Part shown: piece after piece, positions 10,111 through 19,420 of the stretch | Position numbering within the stretch: the stretch's first letter is position 1 | How the letters are laid out: each line of letters begins with the position of its first letter | Origin: an uncultured Alphaproteobacteria bacterium | GTDB lineage: Bacteria; Pseudomonadota; Alphaproteobacteria; Acetobacterales; Acetobacteraceae | Assembly (NCBI GenBank): GCA_963791495.1 | Contig: CAWBST010000021.1 | Span: 136,515-200,514, forward strand | Direction of reading: 5' to 3' | Length of the DNA: 64,000 bases | The notes under the pieces: generated by a model | Told to the model about the DNA's origin: nothing | Databases searched by the model: none | Seen by the model: the letters and a program-made list of their open reading frames with translations, nothing else | Made by a program: the position numbers and the translations under genes

Positions 10111-11080
10111 ATGAGGACCCCCATGACTCTCGCCGAGCTGCGCTACCTGGTCGCGGTCGCGGACCTGCGACACTTCGGCCGTGCGGCGGAGCGCTGTCGC
10201 ATCACCCAGCCGACTCTCAGCAGCCAGTTGCGGAAGCTTGAGGAAAATCTCGGCGTGCCGCTGGTCGAGCGCACCACGCGGTTCGTGACGCTCACGCCCG
10301 TCGGCGAGGGCGTGGTGGCGCATGCGCGCCGCATCCTCGAGGAGGCAGACCAGATCTCAGCGCTGGTCCGCCATCGGCATGGCACCCTGACCAGCGTGCT
10401 GCGTCTCGGCATCATCCCGACTCTCAGTCCTTACATCCTGCCTCTCATCTTCAAGCGGCTGCACGAGACCTTTCCAGATCTTCGTCTGGTATTGCGCGAG
10501 GACCTGACCGACAACCTGCTCGACGCGCTCGAAATCTTTCGGGCTCGATGTATTGTTGATCGCTCTACCCGAGCAGGGCGGCGCCTATCGTTCGATGCCC
10601 CTATTCCGCGAGCCGTTCTGCTTCGCCTGCCCCACCGAGCACGCGCTGGCCAACCGCCCCGTGGTGACCGAACGCGAGTTGGCGCATGAGCGCCTGCTTC
10701 TGCTCGATGAGGGTCATTGCCTGCGCGACCAGGCATTGGCGGTGTGCGGCAATCGGCCTGGGAACCACGCTGATGCGAGCGATGATTTCCGCGCTACCAG
10801 CCTGGAAACCATCTCCGAGATGGTTGCGGCGGGCCTGGGCTGTACGTTGCTGCCGGCAATGGCGGTGCCACACTTGACGGCACGACATCTGCGGCTGGAA
10901 GTGCGACCCCTCCAGGCGGCGAAGGCTTATAGGCGTATCGGTCTGCTCTGGCGCGCCAGTTTTCCGCGCGGCGAAGATCTCGAGGTGCTCGGCAAATTCA
11001 TCCAGGAGCAGTTGCCAGATACGGTTGAGCCGATCGGCGCGACCGCGCCCCGCTCCTCGTCACGTCGCAATGCCGGTTAA
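10111..11080 (+). pseudogene. oxyR: OxyR (LysR-family peroxide sensor) interrupted by a +1 frameshift near 10531-10537
   Basis: ORF 10111..10689 carries the HTH (RHFGRAAERCRITQPTLSSQLRKLE). ORF 10553..11080 carries LLLLDEGHCLRDQALAVC, which has both redox Cys at OxyR spacing. Removing one A from GAAATC gives LLDALESFGLDVLLIAL, collinear with E. coli LLAQLDSGKLDCVILAL. Confidence 0.8.
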
Positions 11081-11137
11081 GGCCGAAGCTTCGCGCTATT
11101 GCGGTCATTCTATGTCAACCGGCAGCGTGCATTCCGT

Positions 11138-12103
11138 TCACTTACGTGGCGCAGCCGCACGGCGCAGGCGGTCGTTGATCGCGCGACCAAGGCCTTTTTC
11201 CGGCACGGGCATCACCGCAATTCCAACGAGTCCGAGCGCGGCGGCCTCTTCGTCCAGCCTTCGCAGCCCGGCGAAGAGCCGTGCGGCGGCCTCGGTCAAA
11301 TCGCCGGCTTCGCTTAGCTGGAACACTGCACCGGAGCCCGCCACTGGGGGGCCAAAGGCAAGCAACGCTTCGTTACTCTGTACTTCCAATGCACACAATC
11401 GCACAGGCAGCGTCGGCGCATAGTGCGACGGCGACAGACCGGGCGATCGTGGTGCGTCCTGCACGCCATGTGCTCGGCGCACCGGTCCAATGATTGCCTC
11501 GATCTCTTCGACCGTCGCACCACCTGGCCGTAGCAGCACAGGCTCGGCGGCGCAAAGGTCGAGCACGGTGGATTCCAGACCTACTGGACATGGACCGCAA
11601 TCGAGCACCGCCTGAATACGACCGGATAGTTCGTCAAGCACATGCTGGACCGCTGTCGGGCTCACCTTGCCGGAACGATTCGCTGAAGGCGCGGCAATCG
11701 GTCGCCCCGTCTCACGCAGCAACTCCAGCGCGACATCGTGGGCCGGAACGCGCACAGCCAGCGTATCGAGCCCTGCGCTGGCCAGCAGGCTTACCGCGCA
11801 ATCACCCTGACGCGGCAGAACCAGCGTTAAAGGACCGGGATAGAGCGCCGCAGCGAGGCGGCGTGCGTCCTTACTCGCGATCACGTCGGCGAATACCGCA
11901 TAGTTGTCGGGATAATGACAAATCAGCGGGTTGAACCGTGGCCTCCCTTTTGCAGCGAATATACTGGCTACCGCACTATCATTGGTCGCATCGGCGCCAA
12001 GCCCATAGACGGTTTCGGTGCCGAACGCCACAAGACTACCCTTCCGCAGCAACGCGGCCGCGCGGGCAATTCCGACTGCATCGGCCTGCAATACCTCTGT
12101 CAT
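11138..12103 (-). CDS. L-threonylcarbamoyladenylate synthase (Sua5/YwlC/TsaC family, long form)
   Basis: From the internal ATG 12103: GSLVAFGTETVYGLGADA, AKGRPRFNPLICH, SANRSG, plus a C-terminal Sua5 domain. The upstream 156 codons are junk. Confidence 0.88.
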   Translation of the reverse strand: MTEVLQADAVGIARAAALLRKGSLVAFGTETVYGLGADATNDSAVASIFAAKGRPRFNPLICHYPDNYAVFADVIASKDARRLAAALYPGPLTLVLPRQGDCAVSLLASAGLDTLAVRVPAHDVALELLRETGRPIAAPSANRSGKVSPTAVQHVLDELSGRIQAVLDCGPCPVGLESTVLDLCAAEPVLLRPGGATVEEIEAIIGPVRRAHGVQDAPRSPGLSPSHYAPTLPVRLCALEVQSNEALLAFGPPVAGSGAVFQLSEAGDLTEAAARLFAGLRRLDEEAAALGLVGIAVMPVPEKGLGRAINDRLRRAAAPRK

Positions 12104-12200
12104 GCTCCAATGCAGATAGCGGCACCGACCGGCCGTGGCAAAGGCGGGACGCACTGCTACACTCGAGGGCGGCCGCCGAGGTCCAGGGGAGTTCCGCACC

Positions 12201-13707
12201 ATGCTCGAAATCGCGTTCGCGAAGCCGGCCTTGCCGAAGTCTGGCGCCCTCGTGCTGCTGATCGGCGAAGGCGAAGTCCCGTCAGGCGTGTGGCAGCAGG
12301 CCAATGAGGCAACCGGCGGTGCGATCGAGCGAGCCCTCAAGACGACCGAGTTCAAGGGGGCGACGGGGAAGACGTGCACGATCCTCGCACCGGGAGCGGG
12401 GTTGACGCGTGTAGTGGCTGTTGGTCTCGGAAAGCCTGCGGAACTAACTGCGCGCTTGCTGAACGAGGCGGGCGGCCATGCCGCGGCTGCACTGCCGCGC
12501 GAATCCGCCGCGTCTGTTGCAACCGGCATGCTGCAGCCCTCCCAGGCGGCAGAAGTAGGGCTTGGTGCCACACTGCGCGCTTATCGTTTCGACAAGTACC
12601 GCACAAAGGAAAAGTTAGAGGACAAGCCGAAGCTCACCAAACTGACGCTGCTCACCGCTGATCCACCGCTCGCCAGATCGGCATGGGAGCCATTGCACGG
12701 GGTGGCCAAGGGCGTGTTCCTGTCGCGCGACCTGGTGAGCGAGCCGCCCAACGTACTGAGTTCCGGCGGAAATGGCCGATCGCTGCGAGCGGTTGAGCGA
12801 GCTTGGTGTGAAGGTGGACGTGCTGGGACCCAGAGAACTGAGCCGGTTAGGCTTTGGCGCTTTGCTGGGTGTTGCACAAGGTAGCGCAAATGAGCCGCGC
12901 GTGGTGGTGATGCAATGGCATGGCGAATCAGGTAATGGACGTAAGGCAAAGAGCAAGCCCGCGGCCTTTATCGGCAAGGGTGTCACATTCGACACCGGCG
13001 GCATCAGCATAAAGCCGGCCGGCGGCATGGAAGAGATGAAGTGGGACATGGCGGGCGCCGGCACGGTGGTCGGGCTGATGGCCGCGCTGGCAGGGCGCAA
13101 GGCGAAGGTCAATGCGGTTGGCATTGTGGGTCTTGTGGAGAACATGCCATCGGGTACTGCACAGCGTCCAGGCGATGTGGTGAAGAGTTACTCGGGTCAG
13201 ACGATCGAGGTAATCAATACGGATGCCGAGGGACGATTGGTGCTGGCGGATGTGCTCTGGTACTGCCAGCAGAAATTCGATCCGCGCTTCATGATTGATC
13301 TGGCAACGCTGACCGGTGCGATGATCGTGGCGCTCGGTCACGAATACGCTGGGATGTTCAGCAATGACGATGCGCTGGCGCAAAAACTGTCGGCTGTAGG
13401 GCAGTCGATCAATGAGAAGGTATGGCGGTTTCCGCTCGACGACGCTTACGACCGACTCATCCGCTCTGACATCGCCGACATGAAGAACATCGGTGGCCGG
13501 CCGGCTGGATCAATCAGTGCCGCACAGTTCATCCAGCGCTTCGTCAACAAGACGCCTTGGGTGCATCTCGATATTGCCGGTGTCGCATGGAGTACCAAGG
13601 ACGCACCATGCGTGCCGAAGGGCGCCACGGCGTTCGGCGTTCGGTTGCTGGACCGGCTGGTGGCAGAGCACTACGAGACGTGCCCGAGGTCGGCCTTTAC
13701 CACCTGA
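12201..13707 (+). pseudogene. pepA: Leucyl aminopeptidase PepA with a +1 frameshift at about 12759-12766
   Basis: N-domain in ORF 12135..12884 (MLEIAFAK...SEPPNVLS). Catalytic domain in ORF 12772..13707 ([27 protein letters not shown]). Deleting one base of AGTTCCG restores [15 protein letters not shown]. Confidence 0.88.
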
Positions 13708-14100
13708 TCCGCACAGGGCCCAATAATGCTTTGCCCCAATTGCTCGGGCGCGCGCTCGCGACAGGGCAGCGCGCGGTGGCAATTCGCGATAGCGCGGGGC
13801 GCCATGCTGGACGGTACCGTATGGCAACTCATTGGGATTCCCGCATTGCCAAAGCGCCTCGTACGGCGCATGGCGAAGCAGAGCTGGAGGCCGATCTGGC
13901 TGACCACGGACGATGCAGCGCCAGACGGCGCGCTTCCTTTTCCTGATTGACAGTGCGCCAGGCACGCAATCTGTTCGACGGCAAGGGACGAGGCCGCGAT
14001 GGCAGCAGCGCGAGACCGCCAGGCCGCGGCCTGTGACGCAACGCGACGGGTCTCTCGCCCGCATTACCAAGACTTCATTTGCCACCAAACTTCCGCCGCG
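13680..14100 (+). pseudogene. holC: DNA polymerase III chi subunit (HolC) remnant with multiple frame changes
   Basis: Chi-like pieces are scattered over three frames: [18 protein letters not shown] (frame 0), AMLDGTVW and RPIWLTTDDAAPDGA (frame 1), RFLFLIDSA (frame 2), NLFDGK (frame 0), DEAAMAAARDR (frame 1). Canonical position after pepA. Confidence 0.45.
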
Positions 14101-14169
14101 TTGCCGCCGCCATCCCGACGCGCCGCGACACCATCGTCTGTGCACGGCAACAACCGGGAGGACCGAACC

Positions 14170-14436
14170 GTGCGCAAGACCCTGATCGCTCTTACGGCCG
14201 CAACAGGCCTGATCGGCCTGGGAACCGTCGGCGCATCGGCTGCACCGACGACCCCGGTGCACATGCCATCCCAGGCGTCCGCCATCCAGCAGGCCGACTG
14301 GTATTGCGGCCCGCGCTGCCAATACCACCGCCAGCAGCGCTGGGAAGAGCAGCGCTCCTGGCGACACGAGCACCGCTATCCGAGCTATGGCTATAATTAC
14401 AACAACGGCTACAGCTATTATCCTTACCGCCGCTGA
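14170..14436 (+). CDS. Small secreted Tyr/Arg/Gln-rich protein (hypothetical)
   Basis: GTG start. Signal peptide VRKTLIALTAATGLIGLGTVGASAAP. Mature part has CGPRC and the tail YPSYGYNYNNGYSYYPYRR. Confidence 0.5.
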   Translation: MRKTLIALTAATGLIGLGTVGASAAPTTPVHMPSQASAIQQADWYCGPRCQYHRQQRWEEQRSWRHEHRYPSYGYNYNNGYSYYPYRR

Positions 14437-14493
14437 TTTCAGCGAAGGCATGGCGCCTCCAACGGGGCGCTATGCCCTTTACCCGCCGCGCGT

Positions 14494-14970
14494 TTGTGCC
14501 GAAGGTTGCGCAGCAACCAGGAGAGCACTGCCGTGGCAACAATCCCCAAGACCCTGCAGCCGCATATCAACTCGGCGTTCCCCGAGCACGTCTGCCTGGT
14601 AGGCACCGCGCTGCCCAACGGCTACGCGCAGATCACCCCGCGCGGCAGCACGATGGTGTTGGACGACGAGCACATCGCGCTGTGGGAACGAGGCAAGGGC
14701 TCGACCAACGCGGCGCTGCACGACGGCACCAAGGTCACGGTATACTTCCGCAAGCCGCAGCTGCGCGCCGATGGCGTGCTGCCCAAGGGCGGCATCGCCC
14801 GCTTCTACGGCACTGCGCGCGTGGTGAAGTCAGGCCCCCAGTATGAGGAGGTATGGCGCAGGCTGGTGCAGCCGGAGAAGGACCGCGATCCCGACAAGAA
14901 GGGCTTCGCCGTCCTGATCAAGATCGAGCGGTCCGAGGACCTGGATGGCATGGCCCTCACCCTCGACTGA
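14494..14970 (+). CDS. Pyridoxamine 5'-phosphate oxidase-family (split-barrel) protein
   Basis: About 145-158 aa. The pattern ...[19 protein letters not shown]...[10 protein letters not shown]...FYGTARV matches PPOX-class small proteins. Possible GTG start at 14533. Confidence 0.65.
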   Translation: MCRRLRSNQESTAVATIPKTLQPHINSAFPEHVCLVGTALPNGYAQITPRGSTMVLDDEHIALWERGKGSTNAALHDGTKVTVYFRKPQLRADGVLPKGGIARFYGTARVVKSGPQYEEVWRRLVQPEKDRDPDKKGFAVLIKIERSEDLDGMALTLD

Positions 14971-15006
14971 AGTGAAATACCCCCTCCCCTGCGGAGTTGG
15001 GGTGCA

Positions 15007-15675
15007 TCACGCCGGAACCCCGTCGCCACCACGTAAAGCTCGCTGGACTCCTTCCGGCTCGCCGGCGGCTTGGCATGCCGCACGGCGGCAAACCGCCGCT
15101 TGAGCCGCTCCAGCATCGTCTTCTCGGCGCCGCCCTGGAACACCTTGGCGACGAACCCGCCGCCCTCCGCCAGTCACCTCGACTGCGAACTCCAGCGCCG
15201 CCTCGGCCAGCGCCATGATACGCAGATGATCGGTGGCGGCGTGCCCCGTCGTGTTCGGCGCCATGTCCGACAGCACAAGGTCAGCCTTGCCGCCGAGTTC
15301 AGCGACCAGTCTCTCCTGCACCTCCGGCTCGGTAAAATCCCCTTGCAGCATCACCGCCCCCGGCACCGGATCGACCACCAGCAGATCGACACCGACAACC
15401 CGCCCCGCCCCACGCTGCACCGCGATCTGCGTCCAGCCACCCGGCGCAGCACCAAGATCGACGACCAGGGCCCCGCGCCGAATCAGCCGGAACCGCTCGT
15501 CGAGTTCAGCCAGCTTGAATGCCGCACGCGACCGAAACCCCTGCTGCTTCGCCGCGGCCACGTAGGGATCGTTCAACTGCCGAGCGAGCCAGCGCTGCGA
15601 GCCCCCACTCCGCCCCTTCGCCGTCCGCACCGCCACCGTCAGCCCGCGTGGCGCCGGCTCCTTCCGGCGCTTCAC
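15007..15675 (-). pseudogene. rlmE: 23S rRNA U2552 2'-O-methyltransferase RlmE with its conserved C-terminal ~55 codons out of frame
   Basis: Frame A gives WLARQLNDPYVAAAKQQGFRSRAAFKL...DLGAAPGGW...VLSDMAPNTTGH. The conserved tail [54 protein letters not shown] is in frame B (ORF 14805..15143). The GTG start at 15675 forms a GTGA overlap with the ppx stop. Confidence 0.8.
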
Positions 15676-16709
15676 CCGCGCCCGTGCCTCCGGTCCGCGC
15701 GGATCATGCGCAGCAGCATGCCCTCGCGCAGCCCGCGATCCGCGACGATCACCCGCGGTGCCGGCCACAGCCGCACCAGGGCAGCGAACACCGCGCAGCC
15801 CGGCAGCACGAAATCCACCCGATCAGGCCCGACGCAGGGATGCGCCTCCAGGCCCGCCCGCCCCAGCGCCCGAAGATCGGCGAGTGCCGCGTCAGCCGCA
15901 TCGGCGGTCAGCACCGTGCCGTCCACCAGCGGCCGCCGATAGCGCGACAGCCCCAGCGAAACCCCAGCCAATGTCGTGACCGTGCCACTGGTGCCCAGCA
16001 GCTGCACGCCGCCCTCGCGGATCTCGCGGCCTATGCAGTGCACTGCCTCGAACGCCACCAGCCGCCCGAGCACGTCGTCGACCATCGTTTCGAACCCATC
16101 AGGGTCGAACCCCGCCTGGCCGAACCGCTCCGCCAGGGTCACGACACCAACCGGCAGCGAGGCGTAGCCGATCAGCTCCGGCCGCCCGTTCGGATCGATC
16201 CGCACCCAGGCAAGCTCGGTCGATCCGCCGCCGATGTCGAACAGCAGCGCACGCCGCCCCCAGCCCGCCAGCAATGGCGCGCAGCTCTCCAGCGCCAGCT
16301 CGGCCTCTTCGCGCGACGAGATCACGCTGATCTCCAGGCCGGTCTCGTGTTTCACCCTGACAAGGAATGCGCTCCCGTTGACGGCGCGCCGGCACGCCTC
16401 GGTGGCGATGGCGCGCAGCTTGCGCACCGGGCGGCGCTCCAGCCGCGCCGCGCACGCCTGCAGCGCCGACAACGTCCGTTCCATGGCTGCCGGGTCGAGC
16501 TGGCCGGTGCGATGCAACCCCTCCCCCAGCCGCACGATGCGGCTGAAGCTGTCGAGCACACGGAACCCGTCACCCGACGGTGCAGCAATCAGCATGCGGC
16601 AGTTGTTGGTCCCGAGGTCGAGCGCAGCAAATGCCGGGCCGGCAAACCGCCGCGGCTCGCCAGGGTGCGCGGCGGGGTCAACTTGAGGCTGGACATTCCG
16701 CGTCTGCAT
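15672..16709 (-). CDS. ppx: Ppx/GppA-family exopolyphosphatase
   Basis: AALDLGTNNCRMLIA and DIGGGSTEL ASKHA-fold motifs. Start at the internal ATG 16709. Confidence 0.88.
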   Translation of the reverse strand: MQTRNVQPQVDPAAHPGEPRRFAGPAFAALDLGTNNCRMLIAAPSGDGFRVLDSFSRIVRLGEGLHRTGQLDPAAMERTLSALQACAARLERRPVRKLRAIATEACRRAVNGSAFLVRVKHETGLEISVISSREEAELALESCAPLLAGWGRRALLFDIGGGSTELAWVRIDPNGRPELIGYASLPVGVVTLAERFGQAGFDPDGFETMVDDVLGRLVAFEAVHCIGREIREGGVQLLGTSGTVTTLAGVSLGLSRYRRPLVDGTVLTADAADAALADLRALGRAGLEAHPCVGPDRVDFVLPGCAVFAALVRLWPAPRVIVADRGLREGMLLRMIRADRRHGRG

Positions 16710-16806
16710 CGCTGCATTGTCGTCCGCGCCCGCCCGAGCGGGCAAGGGTCGTGACGCGGGTTGCCTTCATTTCATCTGGACACGACCTGTTTGGCTGCGA
16801 AGGAGA

Positions 16807-17736
16807 ATGTCCATGGACACACAGGCTGCCACTGCTCCGCACCTGTCCCCCAGGCAGATGCGCGACCTTCTCGACCGCTACCGTGTGACCTCAGGCAAGG
16901 ACTTCCGGCTCGCCGACTTCGACCCGAACGACACGGCGGGACACCTGCTGACCAAGCCGCAGGCCGAGGCCATCGTGGCGCAGGACGTGCACCGTCTCGC
17001 TGCGCTGCAGGAAAGGCTCTACGCGCAGGACGAATGGGCGGTGCTGTGCGTGCTGCAGGCCATGGACGCCGCGGGCAAGGACGGCACGATCAAACACGTC
17101 ATGACGGGCGTGAACCCGCAGGGCGTGCAGGTGACCAGCTTCAAGGCGCCGGGACCCGAGGAACTGGCGCACGACTTCCTGTGGCGAGCCAACCGGGCCC
17201 TGCCGCCGCGCGGCCATATCGGCATCTTCAACCGCAGTCACTACGAGGAGGTCCTCGTGGTTCGCGTCCATCCCGACCTGCTTGAACGGCAGCACCTGCC
17301 GAAAGAGCTGCTGGGCAAGCATCTGTGGGAGCATCGGCTCGCGGCGATTGCCGAGTTCGAGCAATACCTGACCCGGCAGGGCATCGTCGTGCTCAAGTTC
17401 TTCCTCAATGTCTCCAAACAGGAGCAGAAGCGGCGCTTCCTCGAGCGGCTGGACGAGACCGACAAGCATTGGAAGTTCAGCACCAGCGACCTGGCCGAGC
17501 GCGGCTTCTGGGACGACTATCAGCTTGCCTACCAGGAGGCGATTGCCGCGACCGCCGCTCCGCATGCGCCGTGGTTCGTGGTGCCGGCGGACAACAAGTG
17601 GTTCACTCGGCTGGTCGTGGTGGCGGCGATGATCGACGCAATCGGGGCGCTGGATCTGAACCTTCCGGCATCGACCCCGAAGCAGCAGGCCGCGCTCGCG
17701 GCGGCGCGACGCCAGCTTCAGAGCGAGCCGGATTAG
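16807..17736 (+). CDS. ppk2: Polyphosphate kinase 2 family protein
   Basis: Walker A DAAGKDGTIKHV and FNRSHYEEV. ATG behind AAGGAG. Divergent from ppx. Confidence 0.88.
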   Translation: MSMDTQAATAPHLSPRQMRDLLDRYRVTSGKDFRLADFDPNDTAGHLLTKPQAEAIVAQDVHRLAALQERLYAQDEWAVLCVLQAMDAAGKDGTIKHVMTGVNPQGVQVTSFKAPGPEELAHDFLWRANRALPPRGHIGIFNRSHYEEVLVVRVHPDLLERQHLPKELLGKHLWEHRLAAIAEFEQYLTRQGIVVLKFFLNVSKQEQKRRFLERLDETDKHWKFSTSDLAERGFWDDYQLAYQEAIAATAAPHAPWFVVPADNKWFTRLVVVAAMIDAIGALDLNLPASTPKQQAALAAARRQLQSEPD

Positions 17737-18233
17737 GACGCGGGTCGCCAGTCCGGCGGCGTGTCGTGATCCGGATGTTGATAGATCGCGATGTGCGTCA
17801 GATCTTCGGGAGGCGTCCCCTCGCTGGTGGTATGCGTCTGCAGGGCGGCAAGCGCCGTGGCATCGAAGTTGGCGAGCCGGCTCTCGATGCCGTCCACCTG
17901 CGACAGCCAGACAGCCCCCGGCGTGTCCAGGCTGCCTATCGTCATGCTGATCGACCCGGGCCGTTTGACATACGCGAAGAACAGCGGCGTGCCGCAGCGC
18001 GCACAGAAGCCACGTTCCGCCGCCGCTGAACTGCGGAACCTCGCGGGTTCGCCGCGCGTCCAGGCGAAGTTCTCCATCCGCACATTCGCCCATGCCTTGA
18101 ACGGTCCTCCGACCGACTTCTGGCACATGCGGCAGTGGCAGATGCCGGCGCGGTCCGGCTCGCCGTACAACGCATAGCGGATCGCGCCGCACTGGCAGCC
18201 GCCGGTCAGCACCGGCTTGCGCTGGTCGCTCAT
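17733..18233 (-). CDS. GFA-family (CENP-V/glutathione-dependent formaldehyde-activating) protein
   Basis: Zn-Cys pattern GGCQCGAIRY...CHCRMCQK...CARCGTPL. Confidence 0.85.
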   Translation of the reverse strand: MSDQRKPVLTGGCQCGAIRYALYGEPDRAGICHCRMCQKSVGGPFKAWANVRMENFAWTRGEPARFRSSAAAERGFCARCGTPLFFAYVKRPGSISMTIGSLDTPGAVWLSQVDGIESRLANFDATALAALQTHTTSEGTPPEDLTHIAIYQHPDHDTPPDWRPAS

Positions 18234-18271
18234 TGGTCCACCCTGATGCTGCAAAAGATCGAGGAGGCCGG

Positions 18272-19264
18272 ATGATGCGCGCCGTCTGGTACGACCGGCA
18301 AGGACCGGCGAGTGAAGTATTGGTGTGCGGCGAACTGCCGACGCCGGAACCAGGCAGCTATGAGGTTCGCGTGAAGCTCGAAGCCGCGGGGGTCAATCCG
18401 TCCGACGCCGGTCGCCGTCGTGGACCCGCACCTGCGATGGAGTATCCGCGCGTCGTCACCTGCAGCGATGGCGCCGGGGTGGTGGATCGCGTCGGCCTGA
18501 TGGTGCCAGACAGCTGGGTCGGGCGCCGCGTCTGGCTGTACAACGGCCAGCGGAACGGCCGCTGGATGGGCACCGCCGCGGAATGCATCGCGCTGAACGT
18601 CGATCTGGTGACGCCTCTGCCCGAGCACGTGTCATTCGCCGAGGGCGCGACCCTCGGCATCCCCGGCATGACCGCGCATTACTGCGTGTTCGTCGCTGGC
18701 CCGGTGCAGGGTCGCACGCTTCTCGTGACCGGCGCGGCAGGTGCGGTCGGGCACTATGCGGTGCAGCTCGCGAAATGGGCCGGTGCCACGGTGATCGCCA
18801 CGGTAAGTTCGGAGACCAAGGCCGCGCGTGCCCGTGCCGGCGGTGCGGATCATGTCATCAACTACCGAACCGAGGACGTGGCCGCGCGGGTGCGCGACAT
18901 CACCGGGGGCGAGGGCGTTGATCACGTGGTTGACGTCGATTTCGGCGGCAACCTCGCGGCGACGCCGCGCTGCGTGCGCGCCAATGGCAGCATCGCAACC
19001 TATGCCTCGAATGGCGACCGCACGCCGCGCCTGCCGGTCGGCGAATTGATGCAACGCAATGTTTCGCTTTATCCGATGTCATTGCCCGGTTCGCCGCATG
19101 CGGCCCGCAAGCGGGCACAGACAGACATTGGGAGTTGGATCGCGAGCGGCCAGCGCATGCTGTCGGTTGCCGCGCGGTTCCCACTGTACGAGGCAGCGTC
19201 CGCCCACGAGGCAGTGGAGCGCGGTGACAAGGTTGGCACGGTGGTGATCGACTGCGCGCGCTGA
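18272..19264 (+). CDS. NADPH:quinone oxidoreductase / zinc-type alcohol dehydrogenase superfamily (MDR)
   Basis: MMRAVWYDRQGP...VKLEAAGVNPSD and Rossmann motif TGAAGAVGHYAVQLAK. SD GAGGAGG. Confidence 0.85.
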   Translation: MMRAVWYDRQGPASEVLVCGELPTPEPGSYEVRVKLEAAGVNPSDAGRRRGPAPAMEYPRVVTCSDGAGVVDRVGLMVPDSWVGRRVWLYNGQRNGRWMGTAAECIALNVDLVTPLPEHVSFAEGATLGIPGMTAHYCVFVAGPVQGRTLLVTGAAGAVGHYAVQLAKWAGATVIATVSSETKAARARAGGADHVINYRTEDVAARVRDITGGEGVDHVVDVDFGGNLAATPRCVRANGSIATYASNGDRTPRLPVGELMQRNVSLYPMSLPGSPHAARKRAQTDIGSWIASGQRMLSVAARFPLYEAASAHEAVERGDKVGTVVIDCAR

Positions 19265-19420
19265 CCGTTGCACTTCACGATAAGGGGAGCGACATTACCG
19301 ATCGCAGTCCCCCCTTGATCGAGAGTCGGTCGTCACAAGCTTCCGGCGACCATCGGGAGCGATGGGCAGCCCCGCACTATCGCGGCCCGCTGCGCGACTA
19401 GAAGTTGAAGGGAGAAATGC

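Noticed and set aside
12104-12571. 5' extension of the Sua5 ORF (the same applies to 20928..21272 before the trmJ-like gene and 50918..51574 before the M20 gene)
   Set aside because: The family-typical N-termini begin at internal ATGs. The extensions overlap neighbouring genes or are low-complexity.
13510-14451. 313-aa - strand ORF spanning the holC remnant and the small secreted-protein gene
   Set aside because: Arg/Ala-rich with no motifs. It lies opposite + strand features that have recognisable chi-like segments and a signal peptide.
14805-15006. Treating the frame-B ORF 14805..15143 as a genuine long RlmE C-terminal extension
   Set aside because: It would overlap the convergent PPOX-family gene by 166 nt and add about 55 non-conserved residues. 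A return to the TGA at 15007 is more plausible.
10111-15768. Programmed ribosomal frameshifting as an explanation for the split genes
   Set aside because: I saw no slippery heptamers or stimulatory structures at the junctions. As far as I know, none of these families (OxyR, PepA, RlmE, M20) uses recoding. Each junction is repaired by deleting a single base.
16891-18192. 433-aa ORF on the - strand
   Set aside because: Antisense to ppk2 and overlaps the GFA gene in another frame. No motifs and Arg-rich.
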